Of a stretch of 64,000 bases of DNA, positions 27,001 to 36,226 are shown in pieces. Below the pieces are notes generated by a model. It was not told the origin of the DNA, did no database searches, and saw only the letters and a list, made by a program, of their open reading frames with translations. Source of the DNA: Amoebophrya sp. A120 (lineage: Eukaryota; Protista; Dinoflagellata); NCBI GenBank assembly GCA_905178155.1, contig CAJINV010000018.1, forward strand, positions 254,479-318,478, read 5' to 3'. Made by a program: the position numbers and the translations under genes. Within the stretch, counting starts at the first letter, position 1. The number at the start of each line of letters is the position of its first letter.

Positions 27001-30000
27001 TTTATTTTTGCATTGCTAATTATATGACCTGCCTGCTTTTTTCTGTGTGATACAGGCATCCGGGGTGGTGTCATCGATATCCGGGTTGAAATCGTCGACG
27101 TCATCGCGATCGGTCTTTTTCTTCAGCGGGTCGTCTGTGAAGCCGTCATCAAATTTGTACTTATCGGTCTCGTCCTGCACGAGCGTTTTGATGTAAGCGC
27201 GCTCTTCCTCACTAACCTCGCGCGCCGCGCCGGTTTTTTCGTTTTTTCCTTCTCCTGGCGTTTCGAGCCACTTCTGCTCCAGAATTTCCTTGTGCTTGTG
27301 GTAAACATCAGAGTCAATGTACAGATCTAACTGCATCACATCTTCCTTCAGCTTTTCCAGCTTGGCATATGAGAGTGCACAACTCCCCCTCGCCCTCATT
27401 TGTCATGCAAAATACCTGTTTGCATGACAGATTCCGCAAGCCCAAACAGTACAACGCTAGGCGCATCGACTTGTCATGCGCAGGCTCCACAGGTGGGGCT
27501 GTCTGTATTGCTGTTCATGCAATACAAATGAGGGGGAGGGGGAGTTGTGCACTGCCATATGGCCCGCGCCTGCTCCAAAGCGCGGTCGGTCTTGGATCGC
27601 TTTTCCTCATCCTCCGCGAGCGCGGAACCAAAGATGTACATTACGGTCGTCGGGGCGGCGAGAAGCCGGGACGAGTTTTGTCTATTTCCTCCTTGTCCAC
27701 CTTTCTGCCACTTGCCCTGGAGTTTCTGCTCGAGTCGCAGAAACTCGTTCCGCATCTCTGCAACGTCAAATTCGCCCGCATCTGGATCCCTTCTTTGCTG
27801 CGGGTCCTGGAACAGGTCGGTGAGAACTTCCTGAGGGAGGACGAGAATTTCATCCTTGGCCAACCCCTCCAGTTCGTTCCCAAGCAGCTGAATCACTGCG
27901 TTGTTCTCTTCGTAGTTTTTCGTAATCTTGAAGCTGTCCCTCGACAACCCGAAGGCCTGCGCCTCCGCAGCAATCGCGCGAAGGACGGAGAGGTTCGATT
28001 TCAGCTTTTGCATCTGGTTCAACATTCTGGACACCCGCATCCCCGTCCGGGAAGCAGTCGAAAAATGAGAAGATTTTTCCTGACCGCTTTGGTTCCTGTG
28101 AGATGGTGAGTCAGTTCCTGAGAGAACATTTGCTGTTTTGTCAATTTCGGTCGCAGCCAAATCCTGCTTCGCGAGAAACTCGTCCACCACATTCCTGACC
28201 TTTTCCCCGTCAAAATTGTTGAACGCGCGGTCCGAGCTGGTCTTTTCGATGGAGGTCGTGAAGGTCGCGAAGTTCTTCGTTTCGCCCTGCCAGGTCAGCT
28301 CGTTCCGCACCAAATCTTCCGTCGATTTTTCCTGCTCGCCGGTTAAACCCCGTTTCGCAACTATGCAAGAAAAAAACTGTGTAAGTGTAACTTTGTCTTG
28401 CAGATGTCGCAATACAGTTACACTTGTCATGCCGGATATGCATCAGAGGCGATTTTCGTACGTGTTTTCGCGTACTAGCTACGCATGACAGGTTTTCTGT
28501 CATGCAAAACAAATCTGTGATGCTGTTCCTGCAAAATAGTTACACTTACACAGTTTTTTTCTTGGATAGCAACCTGCATCTGCGCGTGGCAGTAGCCCTT
28601 GGAAAAATACAACGTGGTCGCGAGCGCTTCCATATCGTATTTGGACAAAATTTCCGGGATATAACACAGAAAAAGCGCGCAGGTCACATTTGTAATGCAA
28701 AAATACATACACAGAAAAATCTGTCATGGGTGGCCCCATAACGTGCTGTTTAGGGTACGCAATACAGAATTTCTTGTGTATTTATCTTTGCATTACAAAT
28801 TATATGACCTGCCTGCTTTTTTCTGCGGGATACGGCACGCCGCCATTCGACCCCGCGTGGGAAATGATGGGAACGCAGATAGTGGAGTCTACTTCCTTGA
28901 TCGTTCCATAAGCAGAAGTAGATGTTGCGTCTGAAGTTGTACTTGACTCTGTGTCTGTGTCATTTTCATCGTCCTCCTCATTCCCCTCATTGTTGCCTTT
29001 GGGCATGAGTTGTTGCTTGTTGTGCAATATCAAATGTAAAAATGTCTGGGTCTGAAAGCTTGCCAGGTTTGTCATGCATTTTTTGAATGACCCACGATGT
29101 CTGTGATGCGTGCCCTAGCATCACAGATTTTTAGAATAGAGGACTTTGCGATGCCTCTACCGCATGAGAAATGCCCTCCAGAATGCATCCTCTACCGCAT
29201 GAGAAAATGCCTCCTCTACCGCATGAGAAATGCATGCACATTTTTTTTAGAATCCAGCGACAGCATTACAAGTTTAGAATCTTCCAGACCCAGACATTTT
29301 TGCATTTGATATGCAACTGCTTCAATTCCTCAACCCGGACGTCACTTTGCCACATTTTCCGGTAATTCAAATTCCCCTTCCACGCTTGCTTCGATATCCC
29401 ACAGAAAAAAGCTGGCAGGTCACATTTGTAATGCAAAAAAAAATACACAAGAAAATCTGTATTGCGTATCCTAAACAGCATGCTATGAGGCCGCCCATGA
29501 CAGATTTTTCTGTGTATTTATTTTTGCATTACAAATATGCCCTGCCAGCTTTTTTCTGTGGGATATTCGACACTTTGTCCGAATCCGAAGATTTTACCCC
29601 CTCGATACTGTCGCTGTTGCCGGTTTTGCATTTCAGCTGAAATTTCGCCTTCCGAAACTGGTACTCAAATTGGCCATACTGAGCTTCCGCGGTCGCGCCT
29701 TGGTGCTCACAGGCCGACGCCTCGTGAAACAATTGGTCCCAATACAGAAGGGCGACCGCCTCCTTGTAGACGCGGGACACATGTCTTCTTCTCAATTCCT
29801 CTTCCCGCTGGTACTTCGCCGCAGCCTATCCTGAGTAAAAACGTACCCACACCAGAGTCAGGATGGGGATTTTGCAATACAAGCCTAGGAGTTTTGTGAG
29901 TCACGCATGACAAGTTGCACTCTGCAGTGTAGTGCAGGTTAGCAAGTGCAGCCGCATCACAGATTCGTCTGCTCATCCTGTTCACAGCATCACAAATTCC

Positions 30001-33000
30001 ACAACACGACTGGAAATGGCTCTCATGGGGATGCGCATTACAAGTCTTCCTGTCTTTGCAAATCTGCATTACAACTCTGGTGTGGGTACGTTTTTACTCA
30101 GGATACAGCCAGCTTGGCCGCCATCAACGCAGGTAACGCCCCAGACGCAGATTCTTCGGCGGCACCCAAGCTGTTATCTGACTGGACGCAGAGGGGCTTA
30201 ATGTCGCCGTTGGACTCGAATAATTCCGTTGCGCGCGCGCCTAACGCGTGGAGCAACATGATACCGGAGTAGGATAACTCCAACGACGCTTGGTCTTCGT
30301 CTTGCACCATGCTGGCGGCCGTTTTCCGCGGGACCCAGGAGTGCTTTTTCCTCTCATAAATGTTCGCAAACAGGGGCGGCAGGCAGTTACGCTGGGATAA
30401 AGTTGGTGCACTAGATCCTGCTCCTTCTCCCGCTCCACTCCTGGTCATTGCGGTTGGCTTACTCTTGCCTCCCTGCATTTCACCCTGTACCAGAATCTTA
30501 CTTACCGGCTCAGGCTTCCCCTCCTCCGCGGCCTTGGTCTTTTCACTCTTCACTTTCCGCTGCAGCCTTTCCAGCACTTCCTGCTGAATCTGGGTGACGT
30601 CGAAAAGCGTTTTCACGCCGTTCTTTATCAAGTGCAAAAGTGTCTGGGTCTGGAAGATTGCATGTTTGTCATGCTTATCTGGCATGACTCTGAAATCTGT
30701 CATGGACGTTACCCAAGAGCCCCACTTTGCTGTCATGCAGAAACGCAGTTTGTCATGCCGAATAGGCAACACCTAGAAGCTCAAAAGCTTGTCATGCTGC
30801 GCCAGCACTTGTGGCCTCTTCATGATACGCCACCCAGCATCACAAGTTTCCAGACCCAGACACTTTTACAATGCATATTCTTCAGTCTCGGCCCCGCGGC
30901 GCTGTTTTCGGAGTGGGACTCGAGGATTATCCTAAGGAAAAACGTCCCCACCCCAGAGTTGTCATGCAAATTTGCATCCCAAAAAAGTTTCTCATGCGGA
31001 GCCTCATGAGAGCCATTTCCTAGTCTTGATTGTAAATTTGTGATGCTATAATCAACATGATATCCTAGATCTGTGATGCTTCGGAACTAGCTAAACAGGA
31101 CTACACTACCAGGACAAACTTGTCATGGGAAGCAACCATAGCTGGTTGATCTGTCTAGCAGATTTCCCATCTTGACTCTGGTATGGGGACACTTTTACTC
31201 AGGATAAGGATACCCTCGGATTCTTTCAAAAATTTCTCGATCTTGTAGTCGTTAGAGGTCGCCAAGTCACCCAGAATGGGGTGCCGGGACGAGGACGAGT
31301 GCTGGCTTTGGCTGTCTTCCTTGTTCTGGCCCGCACGCTCACCATCCTCGTGCCCGACGTACTCGGCGGTGTTTTGGTTGAAGTAGGCTGAGCGATCGAA
31401 GAGCACTTCGACGGACCAGTTCCACTGTGGTGTTTTCTCGAAGTCCATCGAATCGCCGGCACCCCTATCCCCCTCATCCTTCCGCCTGGTCAAAACGTAG
31501 TTCACCAGGTTCCAGGTGCCCTGCCGCCTATCCGACAGAAACGGCGCGAGCCGCGCGAACTCCTTCACCGGCTGAAAGAAGTTGATCGCGATCGCCGAGT
31601 TGTCCTGAAATTTCACCCGCTGCTCGCCGATGGTCTGGTGCGCGTATCCAAGAAAAAAACTGTGTTCGTGTAAGTCTTTTGGGAAAACAGCATCACAAGT
31701 TTGTCTGCAATGAAAGGAAAAACTTGTTATGCGCAGATAGGAAGGGAAAACACATAGGAAACGAGCCGATCATGCATGTTGAGCATGACAAGTATAACTG
31801 TTTTGCATTTTCTGCATCACAGATTTACACTTACACAGTTTTTTTGTTGCATAGCGCGTTGGGGCGATTCAACAGGTCCTGACAAGCTTGCAACACCGGG
31901 AAAATGTACTTGTTCACCAAATTTTTCAGCTCTTGTATCCTGAGTAAAAACGTTGCCACTCCAGAGCTAACATGGGGATTTTGCAACACAAACCTTGAAG
32001 TTTTGGGGGTCACGCATGACAAATTTCAGTTCGGACAGTAGTGCAGCTTAGCGTGGAAAGCCGCAAGACAAATCCATGTGCTTTTGCTGTTTACAGCATT
32101 ACAAATTTCAAAACACGACTGAAAATTATACCTATCAGGGGTGTTCGCATCACAAATATTCCTGTCATTGGAAATCAGCATGACAACCTTGGGGTGGGGA
32201 CGTTTTTCCTTAGGATATCCTGCTCCCTGTTGTCGATGAACTCTGGGTCGGTCAAATCCAACACCGGTAGGTAATACCGCCCGCGGTGCCAGGTGTTGGT
32301 CTTCAACAGCGCGCCTTTCTGATCCCCGACCGTCTTCAGGAAGGGGCAGGTCTGCGTTTGCTGGGATTTTGAGCCATCGGCGGTGAGCTCCAACTTCGTT
32401 TGGCTGGTCTCTTTCAACGTTTCGATGAAATCCTTGACAAAGAGCTCGGAGTATTCGCGTCCCGGAGTGATCAAACCTTTAATCCTCTCCAGGAACACAT
32501 TGTTCGCCAGAACGGGCTATGGATTGCAAAAGTGTCTGGGTCTGGAAGATTGCAACTTGTCATGCTAAATCCGAATCATGCAAAAATCTGTGCTGCATGA
32601 TTACCAAAAGAGGTCCACTTTTGAACAAGTTTAGAGGCAGTGTCTCATGCAGAATAGGCATGAGAGAGACCATACAGACTCTGTCATGCTAGGTCCCGCA
32701 TTCCAGACCTCAAGCAAGGGTCATGGCAAACCTGCATGACAAGTTCACACTCTTCCAGACCCAGACATTTTTGCATTTGATACGGGCTGGACTGCGCCGA
32801 AAGTCATCTCCCAGACTATAACCCGCTCAGGTGTTACAATCTCAAACGGTACAATAGAATATGGAAATCTGTGATGCAAGATTGCATGATCTAGCCAACT
32901 CTCATAGGATTGCGCATGACAAGTTCCGGAGCCCAAAACCCCCCTGCAATCTGGCGAAATTTGTATTGCAAAAGGTGGCACGCTGTGCGAGTCTGTCATG

Positions 33001-33489
33001 CTCATCATGCAACACAAGTTCTAGATTCGATTGTAACGTTTGAGATTGTAACGTTTCAGCAAGTCATACAGACAAGCAGCACCGGAAAGAACAGCATTGC
33101 GGCTGTTCGAATGGTATCAAATGCAAATATGTCTGGGTCTGGAAACTTGTAATGCAAAAAGTGAAGAATCAGAGTTCCACTGCAATACGGAGCCAAGCAT
33201 GACAAATTTTTGGGCTCCTATGTGTTGCGTGTTCCGCATGGCAAACTGCGTTTTTGCATGACAGGTAAGAGGACACCTTCGTGCCCATGCATCACAGATA
33301 TTTGAGCCATGTCAGGCATGCATGACAAATGTAGCAATCTTCCAGACCCAGACATATTTGCAGTTGATAAATGGAGCTGCTGCGGTGAGAGGTCTTTTTG
33401 GAACCACCCGAAGTGCCGGACGTCGCTTGTTTTTGTCCTCGCCATACCACAGACGTTGAACCCGACATCTTGTGGCTTGTTTCGTGCAT
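1..33489 (-). CDS. Giant hypothetical protein (>=5,518 codons in window, 3' end runs off the left edge), 68 exons separated by 67 introner elements; possible N-terminal signal peptide
   Basis: ATG at 33489 (alternative ATG 33097). Removing each element plus one TSD copy gives MHETSHKMSG...RSSSI|RTAAMLFFPVLLV|WEMTFGAVQP|VLANNVFLERIKG...; junctions at both ends of the gene were translated by hand. 33489 - 16600 (elements) - 335 (67 TSDs) = 16554 nt = 5518 codons, ending in the only open minus-strand frame at 1-36 (DMRKLTNEAKNL). Long exons match minus ORFs (4004-4969, 8378-9430, 13085-14158, 27474-28430). No recognised domain; not every internal junction was translated. Confidence 0.85.
42..249. 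mobile_element. Introner family H
   Basis: Family H TIR ~TATCNCANGAAAAAACTGTWTCACTGT (left end TGT variant); TSD GAGCA/GAGCA. Confidence 0.9.
324..609. mobile_element. Introner family B
   Basis: Family B TIR ~TATCCTGAGTAAAAACGTCCCCAC; TSD CAGCA. Confidence 0.9.
1040..1305. mobile_element. Introner family A
   Basis: Family A TIR ~TATCAAATGCAAAAATGTCTGGGTCTGGAA; TSD AGTCG. Confidence 0.9.
1580..1832. mobile_element. Introner family A
   Basis: TIR A; TSD TTCAC/TTCGC. Confidence 0.9.
1905..2080. mobile_element. Introner family C
   Basis: Family C TIR ~TATCCCACAGAAAAAAGCTGGCAGG; TSD TGATG. Confidence 0.9.
2443..2751. mobile_element. Introner family D
   Basis: Family D TIR ~TAT-N7-AAAATCCCCCCTCCCC; TSD AGATG. 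Confidence 0.9.
2904..3097. mobile_element. Introner family C
   Basis: TIR C; TSD TCCAC. Confidence 0.9.
3793..4008. mobile_element. Introner family E
   Basis: Family E TIR ~TATGACAGTGCACAACTCCCCCTCCCC; TSD TCGGG. Confidence 0.9.
4977..5231. mobile_element. Introner family A
   Basis: TIR A; TSD ACTCC/ACTCT. Confidence 0.9.
5299..5469. mobile_element. Introner family C
   Basis: TIR C; TSD AACAG. Confidence 0.9.
5723..5982. mobile_element. Introner family A
   Basis: TIR A; TSD ACCGC/ACCGT. Confidence 0.9.
6034..6318. mobile_element. Introner family B
   Basis: TIR B (left end CAT variant); TSD TCCAT/TCTAT. Confidence 0.88.
6467..6615. mobile_element. Introner family G
   Basis: Family G TIR ~TAT-N5-GCAAAAGTATCGTACTCGTA (left end GAT variant); TSD AATGA. 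Confidence 0.88.
6718..6990. mobile_element. Introner family B
   Basis: TIR B; TSD TCGAT. Confidence 0.9.
7333..7486. mobile_element. Introner family G
   Basis: TIR G; TSD TCAAC. Confidence 0.9.
7547..7871. mobile_element. Introner family D
   Basis: TIR D; TSD TGTTC. Confidence 0.9.
8152..8415. mobile_element. Introner family A
   Basis: TIR A; TSD ACGCC. Confidence 0.9.
9441..9702. mobile_element. Introner family A
   Basis: TIR A; TSD TGTTC. Confidence 0.9.
9771..9928. mobile_element. Introner family G
   Basis: TIR G; TSD TGGCA. Confidence 0.9.
10045..10308. mobile_element. Introner family A
   Basis: TIR A; TSD CGGTC. Confidence 0.9.
10356..10635. mobile_element. Introner family B
   Basis: TIR B; TSD GAGTC/GGGTC. 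Confidence 0.88.
10687..11003. mobile_element. Introner family D
   Basis: TIR D; TSD CGGGT. Confidence 0.9.
11490..11750. mobile_element. Introner family A
   Basis: TIR A; TSD TCCGC; reverse-complement orientation relative to 9441-9702. Confidence 0.9.
12189..12482. mobile_element. Introner family B
   Basis: TIR B; TSD TGCCA. Confidence 0.9.
12530..12791. mobile_element. Introner family A
   Basis: TIR A; TSD GCTGG. Confidence 0.9.
12841..13151. mobile_element. Introner family D
   Basis: TIR D; TSD TGCAC; close relative of 2443-2751. Confidence 0.9.
14161..14330. mobile_element. Introner family G (degenerate)
   Basis: Diverged TIR G; TSD CAAAG/CAGTG. Confidence 0.75.
14383..14621. mobile_element. 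Introner family A
   Basis: TIR A; TSD GCTGC. Confidence 0.9.
14828..15137. mobile_element. Introner family D
   Basis: TIR D; TSD TCGCC; opposite orientation to 12841-13151. Confidence 0.9.
15409..15661. mobile_element. Introner family A
   Basis: TIR A; TSD GTGAT/GTGAC. Confidence 0.9.
15891..16152. mobile_element. Introner family A
   Basis: TIR A; TSD CTTCG. Confidence 0.9.
16207..16485. mobile_element. Introner family B
   Basis: TIR B; TSD TCGGA. Confidence 0.9.
17265..17483. mobile_element. Introner family F
   Basis: Family F TIR ~TATGCAAGAAAAAAACTGTGTAAGTGTAA; TSD TGCTT. Confidence 0.9.
17760..18025. mobile_element. Introner family A
   Basis: TIR A; TSD CCCCG. Confidence 0.9.
18081..18359. 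mobile_element. Introner family B
   Basis: TIR B; TSD GCGGA. Confidence 0.9.
18698..18870. mobile_element. Introner family C
   Basis: TIR C; TSD GTGAT. Confidence 0.9.
18956..19171. mobile_element. Introner family E
   Basis: TIR E; TSD GGCGG/TGCGG. Confidence 0.9.
19266..19527. mobile_element. Introner family A
   Basis: TIR A; TSD TGTGT/TGTGG. Confidence 0.9.
20098..20363. mobile_element. Introner family A
   Basis: TIR A; TSD GCTGT. Confidence 0.9.
20434..20715. mobile_element. Introner family B
   Basis: TIR B; TSD TCTTG. Confidence 0.9.
21110..21366. mobile_element. Introner family A
   Basis: TIR A; TSD CCCAC/CACAC. Confidence 0.88.
21612..21864. mobile_element. Introner family A
   Basis: TIR A; TSD TCCGT. 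Confidence 0.9.
22058..22385. mobile_element. Introner family D
   Basis: TIR D; TSD CTGCT/CTGTT. Confidence 0.9.
22442..22704. mobile_element. Introner family A
   Basis: TIR A; TSD CGCCG. Confidence 0.9.
22760..23011. mobile_element. Introner family A
   Basis: TIR A; TSD TTTTG. Confidence 0.9.
23657..23918. mobile_element. Introner family A
   Basis: TIR A; TSD GTAGA/GTAAA. Confidence 0.88.
23985..24249. mobile_element. Introner family A
   Basis: TIR A; TSD TTTTG/TTTTC. Confidence 0.9.
24330..24581. mobile_element. Introner family A
   Basis: TIR A; TSD AGCTG. Confidence 0.9.
24641..24921. mobile_element. Introner family B
   Basis: TIR B; TSD GCGCT/GCCCC. Confidence 0.85.
24975..25221. 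mobile_element. Introner family A
   Basis: TIR A; TSD TCGCC. Confidence 0.88.
25785..26018. mobile_element. Introner family I (rare)
   Basis: TIR TATAGCGTTCTCAA...TTGAGAGCGCCATA; TSD GAGTC. Confidence 0.8.
26047..26256. mobile_element. Introner family F
   Basis: TIR F; TSD CTCCT/TTCCT. Confidence 0.9.
26321..26601. mobile_element. Introner family B
   Basis: TIR B; TSD CCAAG/CCAAA. Confidence 0.9.
26867..27052. mobile_element. Introner family C
   Basis: TIR C; TSD CACGC/CAGGC. Confidence 0.9.
27368..27559. mobile_element. Introner family E
   Basis: TIR E; TSD TGGCA/TGGCC. Confidence 0.9.
28362..28568. mobile_element. Introner family F
   Basis: TIR F; TSD GCAAC. Confidence 0.9.
28660..28832. 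mobile_element. Introner family C
   Basis: TIR C; TSD CGGGA/CGGCA. Confidence 0.9.
29028..29311. mobile_element. Introner family A with internal triplication
   Basis: TIR A; TSD TGCAA; CCTCTACCGCATGAGAAA(A)TGC x3 at 29154-29233. Confidence 0.9.
29395..29565. mobile_element. Introner family C
   Basis: TIR C; TSD TTCGA. Confidence 0.9.
29827..30105. mobile_element. Introner family B
   Basis: TIR B; TSD CAGCC. Confidence 0.9.
30626..30877. mobile_element. Introner family A
   Basis: TIR A; TSD TTCTT. Confidence 0.9.
30928..31206. mobile_element. Introner family B
   Basis: TIR B; TSD AGGAT. Confidence 0.9.
31645..31853. mobile_element. Introner family F
   Basis: TIR F; TSD GCGCG. Confidence 0.9.
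31936..32217. mobile_element. Introner family B
   Basis: TIR B; TSD TCTTG/TCCTG. Confidence 0.9.
32518..32782. mobile_element. Introner family A
   Basis: TIR A; TSD CGGGC. Confidence 0.9.
32817..33068. mobile_element. Introner family I (rare)
   Basis: Imperfect TIR with subterminal GTTACAATCTCAAAC / GTTTGAGATTGTAAC; TSD CAGAC. Confidence 0.85.
33115..33369. mobile_element. Introner family A
   Basis: TIR A; TSD AATGG. Confidence 0.9.
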
Positions 33490-35636
33490 CCCACAGATGA
33501 AATAACAGATTTCAGTAGGGACAAAGGTTCGGAATATAAATATTTTACACGGGTAGTAGAGAAATGTTGTATTTTTATCGAACGAGACAAGAACAAAAAT
33601 GTGGGCGGAGGGTAGTTTTCTGAAGTTATTTTCTAGCAGAAGTTCTTGTGGTTCGTTGTATGTAGTAGAAATCCTTCGTGCGATGTTGAAATAAAGTGTC
33701 TACTTACACTCCCAACCGAAGCCAGAATCTTCGCAAGCCGAACGAGATTTCTTGGAAATTCGCTTTGATGCTTGCGAGAAGGCTTGGAAGAAGTAGAAAA
33801 GCAGCCGTAGTTGTATTGTGATATGTAATATTTTTGGTCGACGTCGCGCTGTGACCGTGAAATATTGATAAGCTCTAGAAGCCTGATTTATGTGCTCTTA
33901 TCTTACGCTTCGCGTAAAACAAGGCTTGTTGCTGTGACAAAATAAAACTAAGTGATAAACAGAGGCGGACTTTATTTTCTAGTCTGCGACTTTGTTGTAG
34001 ATGAAGATGTGATAACGGAAAAATAAAAAGAAGCGGAAAGAATATTTTAACAACAGGGCTCAGTGTCGGTTTGGGAGGTCTCTAGATTTTGATGAGGAAA
34101 TATTCTCGTCGTAAGTTTACTACATTCAGACAGGTAAAAGAGAGTGCTTCGAAGATTTCGAAATTATAACCCTAGCAGCCGCCCGAAAACGAATTCAGGT
34201 GCTGACTGCTACGGCATAGAATTAGTAAACACAGAAATAATTTCGTTGATGGCAGGTTCTATACTATAGAATGCCGAAGGAAGATTGCCTGGGGATTATA
34301 TTTGTGGGGAGATTTTATTACATCGTGCAGTTCTTGGAAGGTTCTTCATGCAAATAGTTGTGCCACGATGTCATCGTGGACGATCAGTTGGTGGAGCTGC
34401 CTGCTATCGCCACGCTCTCATCCGCGCAAAAACTTTTTCGCCACGGAGAGGCGGTGATACAGGAGTGGTATAGTACTTACATCACCGTGACTCTAGAACT
34501 ACAGGATCGCGAACCAACTGCGGTGCAAGCTATGCCTCGACTAAGAATGAAGATCATCTGTAAAAAGATCGGAGTCCTTGTCCTCTGTCTGGCTAACAAT
34601 AGATCAAGGCAATACACATCATGCTGACCACTAAATCGCATGCAATAGCGAACGTTGCGTAATGAAATGCGTGATCTCCAACTCGAGAAGCAGTCTTCCA
34701 AGGGAGAGTAAAGTTTAAAGCGAGGAGATCTTTTCCGCCTATCCGGTCAGTAAAATTGAGAGAAACTATCTTGGTGACAGTAAGATGCGGTTGGTGGACA
34801 CGCTCGGAGATCTTGATCTGCTAGCAAGTAGTGAGGACCAGTTATTGAGCGCCACCGTTCGTAATATCACGATGCTCTGTGCAGCTAGTGCAAATATAGA
34901 TCTGCGTCACGACAAGTTGATCATCTGGGAGTTGTTGCATTAGCCACAGCTAATGCTTCTGAACTTGCCATCTTGAAAGAGAAAATCGTCCATGTTCTTG
35001 GAGCCAGAGAGATTCTTTATCCGAGTAGACGGCCTGTCAAGATCAATCAATATATCCGGCGAATCAGCCAACACGAAACAGAGCGTCATGCTGCTTTTTC
35101 CGTTCTTGCGAACGGAAACTACCGAGAAAAAGACGACCGAGGAATAAATAACAAAGCCGAGAACCGATTGATTCCAATTTTGGAACGCTCGAAACTTACT
35201 CCCATTGCTGCGGTGGTGTATCTATATTCCACAAGAAGCGTCCTCGCTCCTGTGCAGGAGCTCCTGCACTTGATCGTTTATTTATCATATTCATAAGGGG
35301 GTTTCAATATAGTGTGTGGCTTTCGGAAAAATCTTTGCTAGCCCTCTTCCAGCAATAAAGCGACATTGATGTTGGTTTCTGTAATAGACGCTGCCACGTA
35401 ACTCGACCACACGCTATCTTCGTGCTCCCGCTTTGCTTAGTGGTAGTTTTGGGCTCTTGTGAACCCAAAACTTGTTTTTTTTGTGAAAGTTCTGCAGTAG
35501 TTGTATTCTTTTCTTTCATTTCCGCTTCTTTTCTAAGTACATTATTTCCTTAAGTGGTTAAAAAAAAACTTATTTCGTTGCAAGAAGAAAAGTCGTGTGT
35601 GTGTGAAATTATAACCACTCCATCCAGAGGTGGAAT

Positions 35637-35922
35637 TATGCATCGCAAATATGTCTGGGCCTGACAGATTCCGAGATTTGTCATGCAGTTTCTCAAAGCT
35701 TCCGCAAGTCTGAAATGCCTAGCATCACAGGTTCTGCAGCCCCTTCGTGATCATGCCTAAGTATTCTGAATGAGAGATTACACCCTCTCAGCATGACCTG
35801 ACCAGAAGAAGTGAGCACCTATTGAAGGAAATCACACACGAGAACTCTGTGTGAAGATCCGCAACTCGCAACACATTCACAAGTTCGGACCCTTCCAGAC
35901 CCAGACATATTTGCACTTGATA
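35637..35922. mobile_element. Family A element outside the predicted CDS (degenerate)
   Basis: Right TIR A intact, left end diverged; GAATT repeat flanks it, 1 nt out of register. Confidence 0.75.
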
Positions 35923-36226
35923 GAATTGGTCCGTTGATGTCATAGCACAGTTCGAACCACTAGCGTATCGAAGTGAGAAGTCGCCCTCTCCGTGCTGCGC
36001 GAGAGATTTGCGCCGAATGAAAAAGATTTGCGCAATAGCAAATCGGATTATACTTGTACTGCGCAACAAAGCAGCAGGACAAAGCCAGAATAAACTCTCC
36101 CATAGTCAGCTTCCTGAGGGCGTAATATTCCGTTCTTAGGCTCCACGTTATATATTGATGCAATATTAGTACTAGTACAGGACGAGCTCTAGTACTTGTT
36201 GCGTAGTACCAAAAAATGTGCAAAAA

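Noticed and set aside
1040-33369. CRISPR-like array (recurring GTCTGGGTCTGGAA repeats with unique spacers)
   Set aside because: The repeats are inverted ends of 150-330-bp elements, the spacers are in-frame exons of variable length, and no cas genes are present.
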